IMG/VR virus record: IMGVR_UViG_3300011400_000098
Location: 1-58,463 of that record
DNA length: 58,463 nucleotides
Strand: one strand, 5' to 3'
Origin: a virus
Lineage: Duplodnaviria; Caudoviricetes
Part shown: positions 53,154-58,463 of the stretch, piece by piece
Position numbering within the stretch: position 1 is the first letter of the stretch
Layout of the letters: every line of letters starts with the position of its first letter
The notes under the pieces: generated by a model
The model's database searches: none
What the model was told of the DNA's origin: nothing
Seen by the model: the letters and a program-made list of their open reading frames with translations, nothing else
Translations under genes and position numbers: made by a program

Positions 53154-54943
53154 TGCCTTACGCAGCTAATGCTGATTTGCCAGCGTACGTGCGGAAACTG
53201 CCTGAGGGCAAACAAAGTCAATGGAGACACGTTTTCAACTCTTGCTTGAAAGATGGCAAGGAAGAAGGACGTTGCTTTCGTATGGCGAATGGTGTTGTCG
53301 CCAAGAAAGCTGTGGCGGAGAACTTCGAGTGGCTTCCTGAAGGCGAAATCGAAGATGGTCCTGAAGTGGATGCCGCTGAGAAGGACTATCAGTACGTCGA
53401 ATCGTACGAGTACGAAAGCAGGAAACTTCCTCAGGATCATGCGGGCTACAATCCTGTGGGCGGCGATAACGAGAAAGCTTGCTCCAACTGCATGTTCTTC
53501 GTTTCCCCCGCACGGTGTACGATTGTTAGCGGGGAGATTGCTCCCAACGGACTATCTAATGAGTGGCGCGCTGTTCCGGGGGCAGTAGCGCCTGAACCCA
53601 TCCCTGTCGTCATCGTAGGCGAGCAGAAGTTGCGTCGGTCTGAGATGAACGCTTCGTCGTTCGCGTACATCACTCCTGATGGCGTGCGTAAGCTCCCGAT
53701 CCACAACGCAGCGCACGTACGCAACGCGCTTGCACGATTCAACCAAACACAGTTTCATTCTGCGGCTGCGCGGCGGACTGCACGCAGGCGTATCGTAGCG
53801 GCTGCACGGAGGTTTGGGGTCGAGGTGTCTGACGCATCGAAGAATGCTGGCGAGCGGCTGCTGACGATGTTGGGTCTTGCAGCCCCTGACTTTGTGGCGC
53901 CTGAGGTCGATCTATCGGTCGCACAAGACGAATCAGTCTGGTTTGCGAAGCAAGCTGATGGCAGACTGCGTTGGTTTGGGAGGTATTCAAACGCTTGGCT
54001 AGATAGAGACGGCGAAATCTTAACCGAAGAGGCTCACAAAGAGTATCAGAAGTGGGCGTACGATAACGGAACGTTGCCCGAACTGTGGTTGTGGCATGTC
54101 CCGGGGTCTCGTGTCGGGGAAGCTGACTGGCTGGACTTCAGCAACGGCTTCGCTCATGCGAGCGGCTTGATCGACGGTGGCAAGGAATCTGCTGTCGAAG
54201 CAATCAAGTCACAAGACTTGGGAATGAGTCACGGTTTCCTGGCCTTGCAGCAGGGCAAGTGGGTTCGCCGTTACCGTAGCTATGAGCTTAGCATCCTTCC
54301 ACGGGAGCGAGCGGCGGTCGAAACGTCCGGATTTAACCTCCTGGACGCTGCGAAGGGAGCAGAAGTAATGGCCTTCACGGAGGAGCGCCGCAAGTTTCTC
54401 GTCGAGGCGCTAGGCGAGGATGCGGTGGGTGCTCTCGAAAAGAGCACCGAAAGCATGGCGACACAGCTCAAGGAACTGGGCGTTGAGTACAAGGAGGCGG
54501 AAGCCGAGGCCGCCAAAACTGACGAGACGACCGCCCAGAGTGAGGGGATCAAGGCGCTAGCAGCGTCGGTCGCTGAGCTGACGACCTCGATGCAGACGCT
54601 CATAGGCGCCGTCGCTGCACAGCAGAAGGAAATCGTTGCTGTCAAGACCGCGCAGGGCAAGACCACTGATGAGAACGTCGAGGATGCGTTCTTGGCTCGC
54701 GTCGCTAAGGCGTTCGGTCAGAACGGCGGCGTGACACGCCCCACGCAAGACACGAAGAACGTCAAGGAAGCGGGGTCTGCAGGTGAGCCTCCCGCTGGAC
54801 AGGCCGACTTCTTCAGCACGATGATCGGTGAGCAGCTCGGAATGCTCGCCAAGGGAGATGCACCGTCTGTCGGCACCCCGGCGATGGCTGCTGTGACTGT
54901 CGATGCCTCATCTCAGGGGCCGACGGAAGTGAGAGGGGAGTAA
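53150..54943 (+). CDS. Multidomain prohead protease/scaffold (ChaB-like + HiPIP-like + DUF6582-like + protease + scaffold)
   Basis: MPY..NADLP..VR.LP; CSNC.FF...C.IV.G.I.PNG; FAY..RKLPIH.AAHVRNALARFNQ; DRDGE..LWLWH..GMSHGF..ELSIL; acidic coiled-coil tail. Confidence 0.8.
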   Translation: MMPYAANADLPAYVRKLPEGKQSQWRHVFNSCLKDGKEEGRCFRMANGVVAKKAVAENFEWLPEGEIEDGPEVDAAEKDYQYVESYEYESRKLPQDHAGYNPVGGDNEKACSNCMFFVSPARCTIVSGEIAPNGLSNEWRAVPGAVAPEPIPVVIVGEQKLRRSEMNASSFAYITPDGVRKLPIHNAAHVRNALARFNQTQFHSAAARRTARRRIVAAARRFGVEVSDASKNAGERLLTMLGLAAPDFVAPEVDLSVAQDESVWFAKQADGRLRWFGRYSNAWLDRDGEILTEEAHKEYQKWAYDNGTLPELWLWHVPGSRVGEADWLDFSNGFAHASGLIDGGKESAVEAIKSQDLGMSHGFLALQQGKWVRRYRSYELSILPRERAAVETSGFNLLDAAKGAEVMAFTEERRKFLVEALGEDAVGALEKSTESMATQLKELGVEYKEAEAEAAKTDETTAQSEGIKALAASVAELTTSMQTLIGAVAAQQKEIVAVKTAQGKTTDENVEDAFLARVAKAFGQNGGVTRPTQDTKNVKEAGSAGEPPAGQADFFSTMIGEQLGMLAKGDAPSVGTPAMAAVTVDASSQGPTEVRGE

Positions 54944-54944
54944 C

Positions 54945-56387
54945 ATGCCTCCTGGGGTGATGGACAAGTCCAGCGTTCTCGATCAGCTCCTGATCGAACT
55001 GCAGCAACGCGGTGGTACGAAGGCAACTTCGATGCCTCCTGTCGGGCCGTACATGCATGGGCCTGACGGGTTGTGGTCGCAGATGGGCCTGGAGCGCGCG
55101 GTCATCTCTACGCGCGTGCGACCGCGCGGGTTGGCGGGTGCTCTGCCGTCGCGTGCTAACAACAGCATGAACCCGCTGTACCCGTATCTGACTGGGTTCG
55201 TAGAAGGAACGGGAACGCAGCCCGACGCATCGTGCGACGACTGCCCTACTCCCGGCCCGATGAAAAACTGCTTTCAGACGAGTGTGTTCGGGCGGTACTG
55301 CTACCAGACCCGTACGCTCGACATCACTCGCATGGGGCAGATCATCAATCGTGGTGAGTTCACCGATCTGATGATTTGGAACGATCCCATCGGCGGGCCT
55401 GCGAACGCGCCCGGCGCTGCGGGCCTCGTTTACCCGAACAGCACGCCTGGCAACATCAACCTCAACAACGAGGTGTCTGTCCGGTTCGCTGAGGTGGGTG
55501 TCGCTTTCCAGACCAAGCTCATGCGCCAGGTGTGGGAAGGCAACCCTACGAACAACAGCGCCGGTGGCGGCTATCGCGAGTTCCCCGGTCTGGATATCCT
55601 GGTCGGAACAGGCAAGCGTGACGCCGTGACGGGGACAGCGTGTCCCTCTCTGGATTCTACTATCGTCAACGCGGCTGGTCAGGACACAGGGCAGCTCGTA
55701 GACACGCTCACGTACACGATGCGCTATCTGAAGTCGCTCGCTACTTCGACTGGCCTCGGCCCTGCGACGTGGGCGCTGGTGATGCGTGAGGAGCTGTTCT
55801 TCGAGTTGACGGCTGCGTGGCCGTGCAACTACCTTACGTACCGCTGTGTGTTCGAGACGGCCAACAACAACATCCAGGGCAGCTTCGACATGGGTGACGC
55901 TATCGCAATGCGTGACGCCATGCGCTCTGGCCAGTACCTCGTCGTTGACGGCGTTCGGTGGAACGTGATCGTGGACGACGCGCTGCCGATGAACGGTTCC
56001 GGCGGCAACTTCACGAGCGACATCTACGTGCTTCCCATGACTGTGCAGGGCAACAAGTCCGTCCTGTTCTGGGAATACTTCGCGTGGAACGGCCCGAACG
56101 CCGCGTTGGCTGCTGAGACGCTGCGTGTCGCTCCTATCATGGGCAACTACTACTGGTCGGACGGCGGCCAGTACATGTGGCACATGAAGCCTCCGGTGAA
56201 CTGGTGCGTGCAGTGGATCGGCCTTATCGAGCTGAGACTGATCTTGCTCACGCCTCATCTGGCGGCACGCATCGAGAACGTCGCGTACTCGGCTCCGATG
56301 ATCCCGCGTCAGCCGTTCCACGATGATCCCTACTTCGTGAACGGTGGTGTGACCGACCGCGACACGGCCCCTTCGTTCTACCGCTAA
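54945..56387 (+). CDS. Major capsid protein
   Basis: 480 aa directly after protease/scaffold; VWEGNP...EFPGLD motif; RBS GGGGAG. Confidence 0.85.
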   Translation: MPPGVMDKSSVLDQLLIELQQRGGTKATSMPPVGPYMHGPDGLWSQMGLERAVISTRVRPRGLAGALPSRANNSMNPLYPYLTGFVEGTGTQPDASCDDCPTPGPMKNCFQTSVFGRYCYQTRTLDITRMGQIINRGEFTDLMIWNDPIGGPANAPGAAGLVYPNSTPGNINLNNEVSVRFAEVGVAFQTKLMRQVWEGNPTNNSAGGGYREFPGLDILVGTGKRDAVTGTACPSLDSTIVNAAGQDTGQLVDTLTYTMRYLKSLATSTGLGPATWALVMREELFFELTAAWPCNYLTYRCVFETANNNIQGSFDMGDAIAMRDAMRSGQYLVVDGVRWNVIVDDALPMNGSGGNFTSDIYVLPMTVQGNKSVLFWEYFAWNGPNAALAAETLRVAPIMGNYYWSDGGQYMWHMKPPVNWCVQWIGLIELRLILLTPHLAARIENVAYSAPMIPRQPFHDDPYFVNGGVTDRDTAPSFYR

Positions 56388-56397
56388 CTTCAGGAAG

Positions 56398-56438
56398 CCT
56401 GGTGTGCGCTGTGTCGCCCCCGATCAGCGCACGCCAGG
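56398..56438 (+). terminator. Long hairpin after the capsid gene (no U tract)
   Basis: CCTGGTGTGCGCTG...CAGCGCACGCCAGG. Confidence 0.55.
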
Positions 56439-56451
56439 TGAGGTTGTGTGA

Positions 56452-57018
56452 GTGGCGTACGAACGCGAATGGTACGAAGGGCTTGCAGGATTGCGGCCCT
56501 ATAACGAGAGGGCACTCTGGGGCGTGTTCGCACACCTCGGTAGACCTGGCTCGTACCTCGACGCTGGGTGCGGTGACGGTTGGCTGGTGTACACGGCTCG
56601 CACGGCGGGTGTCCCGGTCTCTGTTGGTGTGGAAGTCTCTCCTGATGCTGCGCAAGTAGCGCCGGCTGGAACAGAAATCATCACGCACGATCTAGGCCAA
56701 ACTCTAAATCTAGGGCGCAAGTTCGATTTGGTGACGTCGTGGGAAGTAGGAGAGCATCTTGAGCAATCCTGCGCTGATGAGTTTGTGGGTAACCTGGTTC
56801 GCCACACTGGGCGTTATCTGGTTTTTACTGCAGCCGTTATAGGCCAAGGCGGCTATCATCACGTCAATTGTCAACCCGTAGAGTATTGGCGTCTCAAGCT
56901 AATATCTGGCGGATTGAAATACTTAGAGCAAGAAACGGAAGCCCTGCGATTGACGTGGCGATGGACAGTTGGCCCGCTGGTGTGGCTCCCTAACAACATT
57001 CAGGTGTTCGGTGTATGA
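56452..57018 (+). CDS. Class I SAM-dependent methyltransferase (glycan-cluster type)
   Basis: YLDAGCGDG, FDLVTSWEVGEHL, FTAA..GQGG.HHVNCQP..YW. Confidence 0.9.
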   Translation: MAYEREWYEGLAGLRPYNERALWGVFAHLGRPGSYLDAGCGDGWLVYTARTAGVPVSVGVEVSPDAAQVAPAGTEIITHDLGQTLNLGRKFDLVTSWEVGEHLEQSCADEFVGNLVRHTGRYLVFTAAVIGQGGYHHVNCQPVEYWRLKLISGGLKYLEQETEALRLTWRWTVGPLVWLPNNIQVFGV

Positions 57019-58463
57019 ATGTATTTATCGCTCCGTCTTTTCCAAGCGTAGACAAGGGCGAAGGCGGTATCAGGCGTGTCGTCGAAGCACAGCGTCGTTG
57101 GTTGCCTAAGTTCGGATACGATGTTGTTGCGGATATCAAAGAAGCCGACATCATAGCACTCCACGCAGGGGAGTGGATTGACCCACCCAAAGACGTGCCA
57201 GTGGTGGGGCATTGTCACGGTCTAATGTGGTCAGAGTATGATTGGCCTGGCTGGGCTGATAGCGTAAACAAAGCTGTAATCAAAAACCTAAAGCAATCTG
57301 ATCGTGTCACAGCCCCCTCGGAGTGGGTGGCGACAGCGATAAAACGCAATACTTGGCTCAACCCCGACGTGCTTTATCACGGGATCGAGCCTGACGAGTG
57401 GCCTGATGTGGGGGAGAGCCACGGTTACGTTCTTTGGAACAAAACGCGGCCTGACGCGGTGTGTGACCCTACGCCCGTCTCTGAGCTGGCTGTGCGTCGG
57501 CCTAACGTGAGTTTCACTACGACGTTCGTGAACAAGGGTGTTGACCTAAAAAACATATCAGTCATAGGCGTCGAACCGTACAACCAGGCTAAGTATCGTG
57601 TCAGGCACGCGGGAGTATATCTTGCGACGACTAGAGAGACTTTCGGTATCGGCACGCTGGAAGCTATGGCTGCTGGCGTACCTGTGTTGGGATATAAGTG
57701 GGGTGGTAACTCTGAGATTGTTGTTCACAAGGAGCATGGGTACCTGGCGGAGCCTGGCGACCTCGACGATCTTGCGATGGGCCTTGATTATTGCCGTGAA
57801 CATCGGGCCTATCTTAGCCAAAGAGCGCGAGCGCACGTCCTTGATGAATTCACTTGGGAAAAGTGGATCGAGCAATACGCTAAGCTATACTCGACGGTTC
57901 TGGCCGAGCATCGTGGCCCCAAAGTCAGCGTCGTCATAACAAACTACAATCTGGGCGAGTTTCTCCCTGAAGCTGTCAGCAGTGCCAAGAAAGAGCTTGT
58001 CGGGAAGCCTTACACATCTGAGATAATATTAATCGACGACGCTAGCACGGAGCCACTACCCGATGCAGTCTCAAGTGATCCCTCTCTGCATATTATTAAA
58101 AATCCAAAGAACCTCTATCTCGCCGGTGCTCTTAATGTCGGCGTCCGGGCCGCGAGAGGTCAATACGTTCTACTACTTGATGCCGACAATCGCGTTAAAA
58201 ATCTTGATGTACTGATCGACGCTCTTGATAACGATAGATCGTTAGATATCGCATATGGAAAAATGCAAGTCTTCGGTGGTAACTATAAGAATCCGCTCGT
58301 CTCAGATTGGCCGCCGAAAGAAGCGGATCATACTCGTCAACTCCAGCACCATAACCAGATCACATCTACAGCGTTATATCGCCGCCGCCTGTTTGCGTGG
58401 GTGGGTGATTACCGTGAACGCTGCCGTCTCGGTGAAGATGCTGACTTCTGGACGCGGGCACTC
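57015..58463 (+). CDS. N-terminal part of the multidomain glycosyltransferase (GT4 plus first GT2); runs off the end into base 1
   Basis: Missing from the ORF track because it has no stop. ATG 57015 (ATGA overlap), 483 codons; GT-B ETFGIGTLEAMAAGVPV; GT-A KVSVVITNYN, IDDAS, LLDADN, GEDADFW. Confidence 0.9.
   Translation, partial: MNVFIAPSFPSVDKGEGGIRRVVEAQRRWLPKFGYDVVADIKEADIIALHAGEWIDPPKDVPVVGHCHGLMWSEYDWPGWADSVNKAVIKNLKQSDRVTAPSEWVATAIKRNTWLNPDVLYHGIEPDEWPDVGESHGYVLWNKTRPDAVCDPTPVSELAVRRPNVSFTTTFVNKGVDLKNISVIGVEPYNQAKYRVRHAGVYLATTRETFGIGTLEAMAAGVPVLGYKWGGNSEIVVHKEHGYLAEPGDLDDLAMGLDYCREHRAYLSQRARAHVLDEFTWEKWIEQYAKLYSTVLAEHRGPKVSVVITNYNLGEFLPEAVSSAKKELVGKPYTSEIILIDDASTEPLPDAVSSDPSLHIIKNPKNLYLAGALNVGVRAARGQYVLLLDADNRVKNLDVLIDALDNDRSLDIAYGKMQVFGGNYKNPLVSDWPPKEADHTRQLQHHNQITSTALYRRRLFAWVGDYRERCRLGEDADFWTRAL

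Noticed and set aside
54813-56321. 502-aa minus-strand ORF
   Set aside because: Antisense shadow of the GC3-rich capsid gene; no recognisable motifs.
1-58463. Integrase, tRNA genes, reverse transcriptase/DGR, alternative genetic code
   Set aside because: No such motifs seen by eye, and standard-code ORFs tile the genome densely; tRNAscan and HMM searches would be needed to exclude them fully.

Overview
The window looks like a complete, circularly permuted genome (~58.5 kb) of a tailed dsDNA siphovirus-type phage. The last ORF (57015..58463) has no stop and runs in frame into base 1, so the ends join. The rightward arm (43.8 kb -> end -> 14.1 kb) carries small-terminase candidate, GNAT, TGT-like protein, large terminase, lysis/membrane genes, C5 DNA methyltransferase, portal, multidomain prohead protease, major capsid, SAM methyltransferase, a triple glycosyltransferase, DUF1360-like protein, adaptor, tail tube, tail chaperones, tape measure, Dit and tail fibre. 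The leftward arm (43.5 -> 14.1 kb) carries small early genes, a MoxR/CbbQ AAA plus vWA-like pair, SNF2 helicase, MazG-like protein, exonuclease/Sak4-like ATPase/SSB, primase-helicase, UDG-PolA, RuvC-like resolvase, a ParB/Mom-like/ABC-GNAT cluster, and unexpectedly two tail genes flanking thyX. I saw no integrase, tRNA or CRISPR array. The host is uncertain; a high-GC bacterium such as Chloroflexota or Actinomycetota is an inference only. Most notable: (1) eight dispersed copies of a 22-bp palindrome; (2) a capsid-linked methyltransferase plus GT4-GT2-GT2 fusion with a nested Cys-rich ORF, a candidate virion glycosylation system; (3) two candidate DNA-modification modules; (4) a candidate +1 frameshift in the tail chaperone; (5) a family of small proteins sharing an R-x-x-Y-A-T motif; (6) face-to-face promoters at the arm junction. 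All family assignments come from motif recognition by eye, not database searches.
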